Positions 45,303 through 54,932 of a stretch of 62,344 nt of DNA are shown here, in pieces. The notes below the pieces were generated by a model. The model was not told the DNA's origin. It did not search any database and worked only from the letters and a program-made list of their open reading frames with translations. Positions within the stretch are counted from its first letter, which is position 1. Each line of letters opens with the position of its first letter. The position numbers were made by a program, and so were the translations under genes. This stretch comes from Candidatus Bathyarchaeota archaeon (lineage in GTDB: Archaea; Thermoproteota; Bathyarchaeia; Bathyarchaeales; DTEX01): positions 1 to 62,344 of the forward strand of contig JAGTQF010000005.1 in assembly GCA_018396655.1 (NCBI GenBank), in the 5' to 3' direction.

Positions 45303-45977
45303 TTGAGAGATCCACTGCCACAGTACAAATCCTCGGGATGGGTTGATTCCTCCGGAAAACCGGTTTCATACTCTCTAGTTTACGATAAAGTGTTTATAGA
45401 AGTTATTATGGAAAATCCTCTGAGAATGCAGTCAGTAACAGGTCTGGTTAAAGTGGCGATATTTAAAAGTAATAAGTTTCTTCCAGACACAATAGTGAAA
45501 CACTCTAAACATATTGTGACCCTACCACCTCTGTCAACTGAAAGAATAGTTGTGCCCTTTAAACCACCATTTGAAGCCGAATATTACTATAAGGTTTACA
45601 TAGAGAACGAAGAAGTATACGTGCAGCCGAAACGCTCCCCTCCTAGGTTACGCGCCTTCAGGAGGGAAAGTCGTATAATTATCGATGGGGTATCAGGCTT
45701 TTCTCAAAATCCCGGCTTCACTATTACTGGTAAACTTATTGATGTTATTACAGGTAATGGAATAGAGAAGGCTAAAGTAGAAATATATGACGTTAGAACT
45801 TTTAGGGGAGATAAAATGCTTGCTTGTGGGATTACAGATAAAAATGGTTTCTTTTCCGTGGAAGGGCTGAGGCCCCTCAAGATTAGAAATCAAGTTAGCG
45901 TTTACGTGAAGTTTAAGGGCGACGATGTTTATAAGCCATCTGTGAGCGATTGCTTTAAGCTGACAATGCCCTATTAA
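45303..45977 (+). CDS. hypothetical protein with C-terminal carboxypeptidase-regulatory-like (transthyretin-fold) segment
   Basis: 224 aa, TTG start. ITGKLIDVITGNGIEKAKVEIYD...GITDKNGFFSVEG. Confidence 0.4.
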   Translation: MRDPLPQYKSSGWVDSSGKPVSYSLVYDKVFIEVIMENPLRMQSVTGLVKVAIFKSNKFLPDTIVKHSKHIVTLPPLSTERIVVPFKPPFEAEYYYKVYIENEEVYVQPKRSPPRLRAFRRESRIIIDGVSGFSQNPGFTITGKLIDVITGNGIEKAKVEIYDVRTFRGDKMLACGITDKNGFFSVEGLRPLKIRNQVSVYVKFKGDDVYKPSVSDCFKLTMPY

Positions 45978-46065
45978 GGTTGTTGGAGCGATATAGATAA
46001 GAATAAAAGTCGGCTCTTTAAGCTCTTATCATAACAAATTGAACTAATGCTCTGGTGGAAAGTTT

Positions 46066-47127
46066 ATGCAAAGGAAGTTGACGATTATCTTAACTGCCGT
46101 GGCTCTGGCTGTTGTCCTATGGTACTATCTGCTTGGTGGGTCAAAGGCCCTATCTACCCTAATAACCGAGATTTATGCAGCAAGGTTCATCTCCGCGCTT
46201 GTTTTGTTTATGGGGTTAACAATAGGCTACATGTTCACATCGCTACTAATAAGATCAGCAATGTTAAGGGCTGGCGCAAAGGAAGGAGAGGTAATAATGA
46301 TTAATAATGTAATTAAAGCTTTTCTAATTTTAGTTGGGATAATATTTATTTTAAGTGACTGGTTTTCACTCGGAGCCCTCGGCTCGGTTTTCGCGGCCTT
46401 TGGAGGAATGTTTCTAGGATGGTCATTGCAGGCGCCTATAACTGGAATCGCCGGGTGGCTTCTAATATCAATCATTAGACCTTTCAGCGTTGGCGATAGA
46501 GTTCAATTGCCATCCTATGGTTTAGTTGGCGATGTTGTCGCGGTTACCCCACTGTATACAATACTGAATCAGGTTGGGGGGTCTGTTGGAAGCGAAGAGC
46601 CCGTAAATAGGACTATTCTCATACCAAACGCTATGCTCTTCGGCACATTAGTAATTAATTACACGCCGAAAGAGCAAGAGAAGCTCATTGAAATGTTTCG
46701 GAAAAAGTTTAGTAGAAGTGAGGGCGAAACAGGTCCGGCTTATATACTCGACGAGTTTGTTTTAAGGATAACATTCGACTCCGACTGGGATGAGGCTGAG
46801 AGAATTTTATTGAACGCTGCCCGAGAAGTTACGGCGGACATTATAAAGGCGACTGGGCAGGAGCCATATATCCGTGCCGATGTCTCTGACTGGTATGGTG
46901 TATTCATGAGACTCAGGTTTATGACGATAGCAACTGAGAGGCCGAGGATAATGTATGAGCTGACTAAGAGGATAATTAAGGAGATACAGAAGAATGACAA
47001 GGTCGATATAGCGATACCATACGTGTATTCCATGAAGAGACCATTCCCAATTCAGGCGATAGAAGGCTCCGCAGGATTTAAAGATATAAAGGCTCTACTG
47101 GAAGAGAAATATCGAAAAGAAAAATGA
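46066..47127 (+). CDS. mechanosensitive ion channel (MscS family)
   Basis: 353 aa. N-terminal TMs, then IIRPFSVGDRVQL...GDVVAVTPLYTIL...PNAMLF. Confidence 0.85.
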   Translation: MQRKLTIILTAVALAVVLWYYLLGGSKALSTLITEIYAARFISALVLFMGLTIGYMFTSLLIRSAMLRAGAKEGEVIMINNVIKAFLILVGIIFILSDWFSLGALGSVFAAFGGMFLGWSLQAPITGIAGWLLISIIRPFSVGDRVQLPSYGLVGDVVAVTPLYTILNQVGGSVGSEEPVNRTILIPNAMLFGTLVINYTPKEQEKLIEMFRKKFSRSEGETGPAYILDEFVLRITFDSDWDEAERILLNAAREVTADIIKATGQEPYIRADVSDWYGVFMRLRFMTIATERPRIMYELTKRIIKEIQKNDKVDIAIPYVYSMKRPFPIQAIEGSAGFKDIKALLEEKYRKEK

Positions 47128-47264
47128 TTTTGGGCAAGACATAACGGAGAAATCCTAAGGGAAGAGTGGATTACCAAAAATTGTTGAATAACTCCAGGTG
47201 GTCAAAGATATAAGGCTTAAATTGCTCTTTCTCTCTCCTTAAGAGAGAGTGTGAGTGATGTGCC

Positions 47265-48056
47265 TTGAGAGATCAGGTTTTTATGGTTGGGCATGCTCAC
47301 ATAGACCTTTCATGGTTGTGGACTAGGTCTGAAACAATAGCGGACATCATTCCTAGAACCTTCTGGAATGTTATAAAGTTGATGGAGGAGCATGGGATAA
47401 GGTTCAGTCAAAGTAGCGCCCAACTATATAAGTGGGTTGAAGAGTATTATCCTGACCTATTCAAGAAAATCAGAAGTTTAGTGAATAGCGGATTTTGGGA
47501 GGTTGTTGGCGGGTCATGGGTGGAATTTAGTCCACTATTAATCTCTGGCGGGTCGCTTATCAGGCAATACCTGTATGGAAAGAGGTATTTTGTGGAGAAG
47601 TTTGGTGTTGATGTGAGAGTAGCCTGGCTACCCGACAGTTTAGGCTTCCCTTGGACTTTACCACAAATCCTAAGGAAGTCTGGCATCTACTACTTTATGA
47701 CCCATAAACTTAAATGGCAGATATACCGGAATAATCCGCCAATACCTTTCCCATACCACATTTTCTGGTGGCAATCGCCCGATGGTAGCAGAGTATTGTC
47801 CTATCATACTGTTGGAAGCTATAATGAGGATGTTAGGGAAGAGATTATACTTGATCACTTGAGGGTGCTGAAAGACAAACATGGTCTTGGTATTCTTATG
47901 CACGTATATGGGAAGGGGGATCATGGTGGAGGGCCATCGGAAGACATGGTGGAATGGGATAAATATGTGGAGCCTATCAGATACCCTGTGAGGGATAATG
48001 CTGTAGAAATTCAGCTCAAACCATTTGAGATAAAAACATTGAGAGTTAGGGCTTAG
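47265..48056 (+). pseudogene. alpha-mannosidase (GH38) remnant with the central ~600 aa missing
   Basis: 263 aa. GHAHIDLSWLW, WLPDSLGFPWTLPQIL and GKGDHGGGPSEDM (GH38 N-domain) run directly into a GH38 C-terminal-end-like VEIQLKPFEIKTLRV. Full-length GH38 enzymes are ~900-1050 aa. Confidence 0.65.
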
Positions 48057-48062
48057 GTATAA

Positions 48063-48293
48063 GTGACTCTGCACACCCGTAAACCCTTTATTAAGGGGGC
48101 TCCATTATATCTTTACATGGATCCATCAATCGGTAGAATAGCCTTTAATATAGGGGTTCTTCTTATCTTCCTAACCTTAATCCCACTACCATTCTTGGAC
48201 CCAAACTCAGCGGAGTTCATTGTTGATATCATAGCTTTATTGTTTCTATTGCTTTCTTACTCTTCATCTCCTATGAGGTTAGAAGGCAAGTGA
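48063..48293 (+). CDS. small hydrophobic hypothetical protein (weak)
   Basis: 76-aa ORF with two hydrophobic stretches. Confidence 0.2.
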   Translation: MTLHTRKPFIKGAPLYLYMDPSIGRIAFNIGVLLIFLTLIPLPFLDPNSAEFIVDIIALLFLLLSYSSSPMRLEGK

Positions 48294-48367
48294 AAGTTTC
48301 GAAGGAAGTAGAGGAGAGGGAGGAGGGCGAATAATTTCCATAAACTCATTAATTTATAATTTACCGC

Positions 48368-48844
48368 TTAGATTTTTCTTATCATCCTCATCCATTTCCC
48401 AAAGGATATTGTTTCAATAAAACCCCTCTTCTTATAAAACTCCCTAGCTAAAGTATTTCTTACTCCAACCCATAATCCCATAATCTCTCTTTCCCTTTCT
48501 TTCGCATAATTAATGGCCCTCTTGATTAGCATGCTCCCTATTCCCTGTCCCCTATAGTTTGGATGAACGAATATCTCATGGATCTCGCCCACAAATTTCA
48601 TCTCGAAGGGGCTAAACCAGTTTGCGTCACATGCCATGAATGCTACTGGCTCGTTTAATTCGACAATGAGAAAACCATCTGGGTCACGCTTAAGCAGCCA
48701 CTTGAAATAATCCCTTATATCCCTCTTAGTAGTGTACGCATATTCTTCAAGACCTTTATAGGATTGTATGTAAAGGTTTATGAAGGTATCAACGTCGTTA
48801 GGCTTAACAGCCCTTACATTCACAATAACCTTTTTATCACTCAC
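48368..48844 (-). CDS. GNAT-family N-acetyltransferase
   Basis: 158 aa. Acetyl-CoA motif VHPNYRGQGIGSMLIKRAINYA. Confidence 0.85.
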   Translation of the reverse strand: MSDKKVIVNVRAVKPNDVDTFINLYIQSYKGLEEYAYTTKRDIRDYFKWLLKRDPDGFLIVELNEPVAFMACDANWFSPFEMKFVGEIHEIFVHPNYRGQGIGSMLIKRAINYAKEREREIMGLWVGVRNTLAREFYKKRGFIETISFGKWMRMIRKI

Positions 48845-48860
48845 ACTTAAAAATCTCTCG

Positions 48861-49850
48861 ATGGACGCAGTATCCCTCCTCGAAGCGTTAACTAGAATAG
48901 AATCATGTTCTGGTAAGGAGGAGAGGATAGCATCATTTATCCTAAACCATCTGAGAAATATGGGCTACTACGCATTCATCGAGGATTCAAACGTTCTCCT
49001 ACAGCCTGAAAAGGATCTTATCGTGGCAACTCACATTGATACATTCAAAGTATTATCTCCATACTCATTTGATGGTAAATATGCTTATGGAACTGGCGTC
49101 TGCGACGCCAAAGCAAGCATAACATCAATTCTTCTAGCCCTAGAAAAGATCGGCCCTAATAGGCTTAGATTTGGCGTCGCATTTTTTCACGATGAAGAAG
49201 GCGAGGGTAAGGGGTCGATGGACTTTTGCAGAACTTATAAGCCTAAAATGGCGATAGTAATGGAGCCAACAGATATGGCGATAGCAAACGTGCAGTATGG
49301 TGGGCTTGAGGTCATAATTAAGGCTCGGGGTATAGCGGCTCATGGAGCAACGCCCCATATGGGAAAGAACGCCATAGAGAAGTGCATTGAGGCGATATCT
49401 GTTCTCATGAGGATCAGTGAGGCAACCGCTTCAGTACAATATATAAGCGGCGGTAACATTGAAGACTTTGCAATTCCGAGCGAATGTGAAGCGAGAATTG
49501 AGTTCTTCTTTAGGCCAGATATTAAGGCCGAGCACATTCTGGCGAAGATTAAGGAGTCCCTGTGCCCCAAAAATTTTGAGATTACTATAAAAGAAGCTTA
49601 CGATGGTTTTGTTAGCGTTAAGGCATCTAAGATTCTAGAGAATGCAATAAAAGTTGCTGGCTACAGCGTTAGGTTCTCTGAGATGCCTTCATGGACTGAC
49701 GCCGTAAATCTGTACAAGTGTGTTAGATGTGACTCAGTCATATTTGGGCCGGGAGAGCTGCATCTATGCCACACAAAGAATGAGCGTGTGAGGGTTAAGG
49801 ACGTAATTACGGCTGCAGACATATTGGTGGCATTAAACAGTATGCTGTAG
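48861..49850 (+). CDS. M20-family metallopeptidase/deacylase (ArgE/DapE/LysK-like)
   Basis: Start set at ATG 48861 (MDAVSLLEALTRIESCSGKEE). HIDT, GTGVCDAKA, DEEGEG, ME PT..., HGATPHMGKNAIE. Confidence 0.8.
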   Translation: MDAVSLLEALTRIESCSGKEERIASFILNHLRNMGYYAFIEDSNVLLQPEKDLIVATHIDTFKVLSPYSFDGKYAYGTGVCDAKASITSILLALEKIGPNRLRFGVAFFHDEEGEGKGSMDFCRTYKPKMAIVMEPTDMAIANVQYGGLEVIIKARGIAAHGATPHMGKNAIEKCIEAISVLMRISEATASVQYISGGNIEDFAIPSECEARIEFFFRPDIKAEHILAKIKESLCPKNFEITIKEAYDGFVSVKASKILENAIKVAGYSVRFSEMPSWTDAVNLYKCVRCDSVIFGPGELHLCHTKNERVRVKDVITAADILVALNSML

Positions 49851-50071
49851 ACTGAGATGAAGTCTAAGTTGTTGTGGCTTATTAAAACTTTTATGCTGCG
49901 CCTTCCGTAGTTAACCCTGATACGTAGAAATGAAGGTGACAAGAATATCTTTTAACCAAGACTTATCACAGGCATGAATTTATGTTAAAAATGCTGGTGC
50001 GCTGAATGTGGCGCATTAGATTTAAGGATGAATGAGTATAATTGAGTCGGGTTTGCTACTTGAGATGGTGA

Positions 50072-50512
50072 GTGATGGAGTCTATCAATAAGAGCCGCAG
50101 TTTGAGATTAAGGGTTATCGGGAGTCATGACTTTAAGACCAATGTTCGTAAAGCTCTTAAACTCATTAAGGCTGCTGGCTACTATGATTACTTAAGGAGG
50201 TATATTCACTGCATAAAGGAAATTGAGGGCTTAACGCAGTTAAGAGTTTCTGAGGCAACAATATGGGCAAATAAATACGCTGTCGAGGATCCTGTCGATG
50301 CGGCTGGGCGCTTTATTCAAGAGGCATGCTACATGCAGATGCAGCTTGAGAACCAGCAATCGGGCTCTCATGAGGGTATAATGGAATTGCGATCATTCGA
50401 GAAGCGTATAGAGTTTCTAAAAAAGCTGAAGGAGAAATCTCGAAGGCGTGAAATTAAGGATGCATGCGATAAGCTAATAAAGATGTGGCATGAAAACCTG
50501 TTGATATATTAA
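50072..50512 (+). CDS. hypothetical protein
   Basis: 146 aa, GTG start. No family recognised. Confidence 0.35.
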   Translation: MMESINKSRSLRLRVIGSHDFKTNVRKALKLIKAAGYYDYLRRYIHCIKEIEGLTQLRVSEATIWANKYAVEDPVDAAGRFIQEACYMQMQLENQQSGSHEGIMELRSFEKRIEFLKKLKEKSRRREIKDACDKLIKMWHENLLIY

Positions 50513-50623
50513 GGTTTTACTTAAACTTAATCCATGTAGGAAAGATTCTTGAGCAGAGTTTCTCTTCTCTAATTGGGTTTGTTAAATTATTGGTTGAAAA
50601 TTTGGGAATAGAGGTTTTCATTT

Positions 50624-52060
50624 TCAGATTGTCTCTTTAAATCTCCACCTTGTCTCCTTCGGCGTGTCCTCTATGATGAAACCCATTCTCTGGAGTCTAT
50701 CTCTTATCTCATCAGATATTTTCCACTCCTTTCTCCTTCTCATTTCCTGCCTTACCTCTAGAATAAGATCCATCAACCCCTTCACTATCGCAACTTGTCT
50801 TTCAGCGCTCTCTCCCACCTTAAACCTAATCTTTATTCCGAGAACATCCTCCACTAGAGTTTTGATAGTCTCATACACTTCTCTTTTTGTAGATCTTTCG
50901 ATGGCGTTGTTCTGGCTTACGTACGTGTTAATCGCTTTGATTATTTCGAATACGGCAGCTATAGCCAAGGGAGTATTAAAGTCATCATCCATAGCTTCAT
51001 TGAACTTTTTCTTCGCCTCCCGCACTTGGGAAAGGAGGGTCTCCTCCTCCAAGCCCCTTTCATCTTTTTCCGCCATGGAAAGTAGCCGCTCAACGGCGCT
51101 TAAAATCTTCTCAACGTTTGCTTTAGCAGCCTCTATACTCTCACTATTGAAGTCTAGCGGGCTTCTATAGTGCGCAGATATCAGAAAGAACCTCAAGACC
51201 TGAGGGCCATACATTTTTAATGCATCCCTAACAGTAATAAAATTTCCCAGAGATTTGGACATTTTTTGGCCGTTGACTGTTAGCCACTCATTATGTAGCC
51301 AATATCTAACAAACGGCTTATCGGTGAGAGCTTCGGCCTGAGCTATCTCATTCTCGTGATGCGGGAAAATTAAGTCCTTGCCTCCCATATGAATATCAAG
51401 TGTTTCACCCAAATACTTCATGGCCATAGTGGAGCACTCAATGTGCCAGCCAGGCCTACCCCAGCCCCAGGGGCTATGCCATCCCGGCTCACCATCTTTC
51501 CTAGCCTTCCAGAGCGCAAAGTCTGCAGGGTTCCTTTTCTTTGGGTTAACTTCTATCCTAGCACCTGCCTCTAAGGCCTCCATTTTGTTTCCGGACAATT
51601 TACCATAGTCTTTAAACTTTGACACGTCGAAGTAAACGTCTCCATCAACCTCATATGCATACCCTTTTTCAATGAGCCTTTGGATCGCAATAATCATGTC
51701 TGATATGTGCTGGGTTGCGCGTGGATTAATGTCCGGCTTCTTTACATTTAATGCGGCGATATCCTCAAAGTAGGCGTCGCTATACATTTCGCTGATCTGC
51801 TGTATGCTGAGGTTGGTTTCCTGAGCCTTCCTTATTATCTTATCATCAACATCGGTTATGTTGCAAACTAAGGTGACTTTAAACCCTCTATACTCCAGAT
51901 ATCGGCGAACTACATCAGCCACGACAAAAGCTCTAGCATTACCAATATGGATGAAGTCGTAGACTGTTGGGCCGCAGACATATATTCTGACTTCACCCTC
52001 ACGTAGCGGCACAAACTCCTCTTTGCGCATGCCGAGGGTATTAAAGACTCTCAACGTCAT
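50624..52060 (-). CDS. cysS: cysteinyl-tRNA synthetase
   Basis: 478 aa. CGPTVYDFIHIGNARA (HIGH), KMSKSLGN, HIECS. Confidence 0.95.
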   Translation of the reverse strand: MTLRVFNTLGMRKEEFVPLREGEVRIYVCGPTVYDFIHIGNARAFVVADVVRRYLEYRGFKVTLVCNITDVDDKIIRKAQETNLSIQQISEMYSDAYFEDIAALNVKKPDINPRATQHISDMIIAIQRLIEKGYAYEVDGDVYFDVSKFKDYGKLSGNKMEALEAGARIEVNPKKRNPADFALWKARKDGEPGWHSPWGWGRPGWHIECSTMAMKYLGETLDIHMGGKDLIFPHHENEIAQAEALTDKPFVRYWLHNEWLTVNGQKMSKSLGNFITVRDALKMYGPQVLRFFLISAHYRSPLDFNSESIEAAKANVEKILSAVERLLSMAEKDERGLEEETLLSQVREAKKKFNEAMDDDFNTPLAIAAVFEIIKAINTYVSQNNAIERSTKREVYETIKTLVEDVLGIKIRFKVGESAERQVAIVKGLMDLILEVRQEMRRRKEWKISDEIRDRLQRMGFIIEDTPKETRWRFKETI

Positions 52061-52105
52061 AGATATTCGACCATTAATTGCTAATTGCGCCCACTATATA
52101 AAATG

Positions 52106-52795
52106 TTAGCTGCCCCTCTGACGTAAAACAATCCTAAAACTTTTATCCAGAGCTTGTAAGATCTTTTTTCTGCTTCTTCCCCACGATATAAGTGCGCATA
52201 AAGCTACTGAAGCGACTAAGATTATGGTTGAGATTAGGGCTTCTTCAACCATAGACTTTAACTCCATGAATATGATGCTGCCGAAGATAGCTCCAAAAGA
52301 GTAAAGCGTGGTCTTTCCAATTACCTGGACAATAATCATCTTCCATAATGGGAAGCGGAGTGCTCCGGCTAGAAGTATTATTGGTGTGTCTGGTAGCGGT
52401 GAGGCGGCAAACAATAGCACCGCAATAATACCGTACTTCTCAATCCACCTGGGTACCACGTCTTCCCCTTCTCTCTCATTAGCTGTTGATGCTAGGCTCT
52501 CCCTTATGCTAAGACCCCAATAGTACGCTATTATTTCTCCAAGACCTCCGCCTAGGCCAGCGGATAAACCTAGGAGTAGTGGGTGATATTTTTCAGTCAA
52601 TGATAAGAAGAGTGGCGCAAAGAAGCCTCTAGCAATAATTGTCAGGTGGCTGAAGAAAGCTGTTATGAGAACGTTAAGGATTTCCTGTTCCCTAGGCAGT
52701 ACAATGTCCGATAATCTATAGAGGGTTAGTAGGGAGAGAGTCATGGTTAAAGCTATTCCAAGAATCCTTATCAGCACCTTAACCCTTAATCTCAT
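52106..52795 (-). CDS. DedA/VTT-domain-like membrane protein
   Basis: 229 aa, polytopic. GGGLGEIIAYYWG and SPLPDTPIILLAGALRFPLWK resemble SNARE_assoc/VTT motifs. Confidence 0.45.
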   Translation of the reverse strand: MRLRVKVLIRILGIALTMTLSLLTLYRLSDIVLPREQEILNVLITAFFSHLTIIARGFFAPLFLSLTEKYHPLLLGLSAGLGGGLGEIIAYYWGLSIRESLASTANEREGEDVVPRWIEKYGIIAVLLFAASPLPDTPIILLAGALRFPLWKMIIVQVIGKTTLYSFGAIFGSIIFMELKSMVEEALISTIILVASVALCALISWGRSRKKILQALDKSFRIVLRQRGS

Positions 52796-52952
52796 AATTT
52801 ATCCCAGCTTATCCAAATCCTTATCCTTACCCGGTCATATGCGCTGGGAGCTCTGCAGAGTTCGTGTCGTTGAATAAATATTTTTGAAAACGCATATATT
52901 TATAGGCTCACCTAACAATGTTTTAGCAGCCTAAACATTCGGGAAGATCTTT

Positions 52953-53780
52953 ATGAGCTGGGATATGGTTAATAGTCTCCTGGATCTCATGAGACTAGTC
53001 ATATGCTTAATTTTTCTCTCCATAGCGTCAATTTACGATATTAAGTTCAGGGAAGTGCCAAATCTACTTTGGATAATATTTGCGCCGCTAGGCCTGGCGC
53101 TATCATTAACATCTCTTATCCTAAATATATATGATCGACTACTCGTATTCACATGGATTGTCATCCTCATAATTATGTCAAGCTTATCATTAGCGCTGTT
53201 TTATTTTGGCTTGATGGGTGGAGCAGATTCAAAAGCCCTAATTTGCCTAGCTCTCTCAGCCCCAGCACGCTTAGATGTTAGCGTTATTAGACCTGTGCTC
53301 CGCAGTCGATTGCAGCAATTTTTCCCTATATTAGTATCAATATCAACATTTAATAACGCTGTTCTAATCGCATCACTTCTAACAATAATAATCGCCTTAA
53401 GGAACCTTATCGACCTAATAAGGAGTAGTGATGGCTTATTCAAGGGACTAGAAGGCGAGAGTTTTTTAAAGAAAGCCTTAGCCTTTATGATTGGATATAG
53501 GGTGGACGCCAGAAAACTACGCTCAAGAAGACATTATTACATTAGCATGGAGGAGTTTAGCTTAGAGAGAAATGGCTCAATTAAAAGGCATCTAAAAATA
53601 TTTCGCCCGATGAACGCCAGCGGGGAGGTTAAGGTGTGGGTGCCGGAAGATTTTGAAGGGAAAATCTGGGTCACGCCCGGCTTGCCTTTCCTACTATTTA
53701 TAGAGGCTGGCTTTATAATGACTATGCTTTTGGGCGACATAATAATGTGGCTAGTAGCCAACCTGCTGGGAGCATTGTAA
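52953..53780 (+). CDS. A24-family prepilin/prearchaellin signal peptidase (PibD/FlaK-like)
   Basis: 275 aa. First catalytic Asp context YDIKFREVPN, second in GLMGGADSKAL. Confidence 0.75.
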   Translation: MSWDMVNSLLDLMRLVICLIFLSIASIYDIKFREVPNLLWIIFAPLGLALSLTSLILNIYDRLLVFTWIVILIIMSSLSLALFYFGLMGGADSKALICLALSAPARLDVSVIRPVLRSRLQQFFPILVSISTFNNAVLIASLLTIIIALRNLIDLIRSSDGLFKGLEGESFLKKALAFMIGYRVDARKLRSRRHYYISMEEFSLERNGSIKRHLKIFRPMNASGEVKVWVPEDFEGKIWVTPGLPFLLFIEAGFIMTMLLGDIIMWLVANLLGAL

Positions 53781-53802
53781 ATGTAAAGCGCATAGCGCGG
53801 CT

Positions 53803-54441
53803 CTATTCTTCATTAATATTCTTCCTCAGCAACATATTGTCGATTATCATTCGAATAGTCTCAAAGACTTCATCTTGGTTCAGGTTGTTCACATCTATTA
53901 TTACGTGAAATGGCTCGAAATCCTCACCTATCTTAAATCCATAAAGAGTTTTGTAAATCTCTTTGGTTTTCTTTTCCCTCTCCCTCATGCGTTTAAGCGC
54001 CTCTTCAATGCTTATCCCATCACGCTTAGATATCCTCTCAGCCCTCACATCATCTGAAGCATCAATCCATATCTTGAAGCCGATGCCCTTAAGAAGCCAA
54101 GGCATAGTCCAGCTATCGAGCACAACATTTCCCTCCTCAGCCCACTCAAGCATTTTCTTATCCACGAGCCTGTCTAACTCTAGGTTTCTTGAACGCTCCT
54201 CAAGGAATCTCAACCCTTCCTCAGTTTCCCACCAGCCCCGATTTGAGACGCGATAACCCATCTCAGATGCAATAGCCCTTAAAGCGTCTCCTCCAGAGTA
54301 ATATTTAAGCCCGTAATGTTCAGCTATCTTCCTAGCGACCGTACTTTTACCTGACCCAGCCAGACCTGAAATACATATAACTATCTTCTTTCTTTCCGAA
54401 GATCTCTCTTTTGGAGGTGAGGATGACATTGGATCACGCAT
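53803..54441 (-). CDS. cmk: archaeal-type cytidylate (CMP) kinase
   Basis: 212 aa. ICISGLAGSGKSTVARKIAEHYGLKY, KIWIDASDDVRAERISKRDGIS. Conserved position downstream of secY. Confidence 0.8.
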   Translation of the reverse strand: MRDPMSSSPPKERSSERKKIVICISGLAGSGKSTVARKIAEHYGLKYYSGGDALRAIASEMGYRVSNRGWWETEEGLRFLEERSRNLELDRLVDKKMLEWAEEGNVVLDSWTMPWLLKGIGFKIWIDASDDVRAERISKRDGISIEEALKRMREREKKTKEIYKTLYGFKIGEDFEPFHVIIDVNNLNQDEVFETIRMIIDNMLLRKNINEE

Positions 54442-54449
54442 TCCCCAAT

Positions 54450-54932
54450 TTATCTTCTCATACCTAAACCCATCTGAACATTAAATATCTTTGAGAGCGT
54501 GAAGTTGAAGAAGAATTGACATATGAGATACCAAAAGAAGAATGGAATTGCCACCTTTTCTCCAAATAGTGGTATATAGGCGACGGGATGATTACCATAG
54601 AAGAGTATTAGCAGCCACCATAATAATAGGAATGGGAAAAATGTTACTAAGAAAGCTTTTGTCTGCTGCATAGAAATCTTAGCCTTAATCTGCATAATCC
54701 GAACTTCCTGCTTCTTAACCTTGGCCATAAGCTTCTTATCGCCCGTTTTTTTAGCAAGCTCCCTCTCAGCATCCCACATAGCTACCTCTCTTTGCAGTTC
54801 AAGTATTCTCTTATCAATAAACTTACGGTTAATTAGCGTAGTTGCTGTGGAGGAGACAAAAGCTAAAAACATTATGAAGAAGGTTGAGTACGGAGGGTTT
54901 AACAAATCTATCAGCATAGGCTCATCTCCCAA
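54450..54932 (-). CDS. DUF106 membrane protein (archaeal YidC/Oxa1/EMC3-like insertase)
   Basis: 160 aa. TM - coiled KRILELQREVAMWDAERELAKKTGDKKLMAKVKKQEVRIMQ - two TMs. Conserved secY-cmk neighbourhood. Confidence 0.7.
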   Translation of the reverse strand: MGDEPMLIDLLNPPYSTFFIMFLAFVSSTATTLINRKFIDKRILELQREVAMWDAERELAKKTGDKKLMAKVKKQEVRIMQIKAKISMQQTKAFLVTFFPFLLLWWLLILFYGNHPVAYIPLFGEKVAIPFFFWYLICQFFFNFTLSKIFNVQMGLGMRR

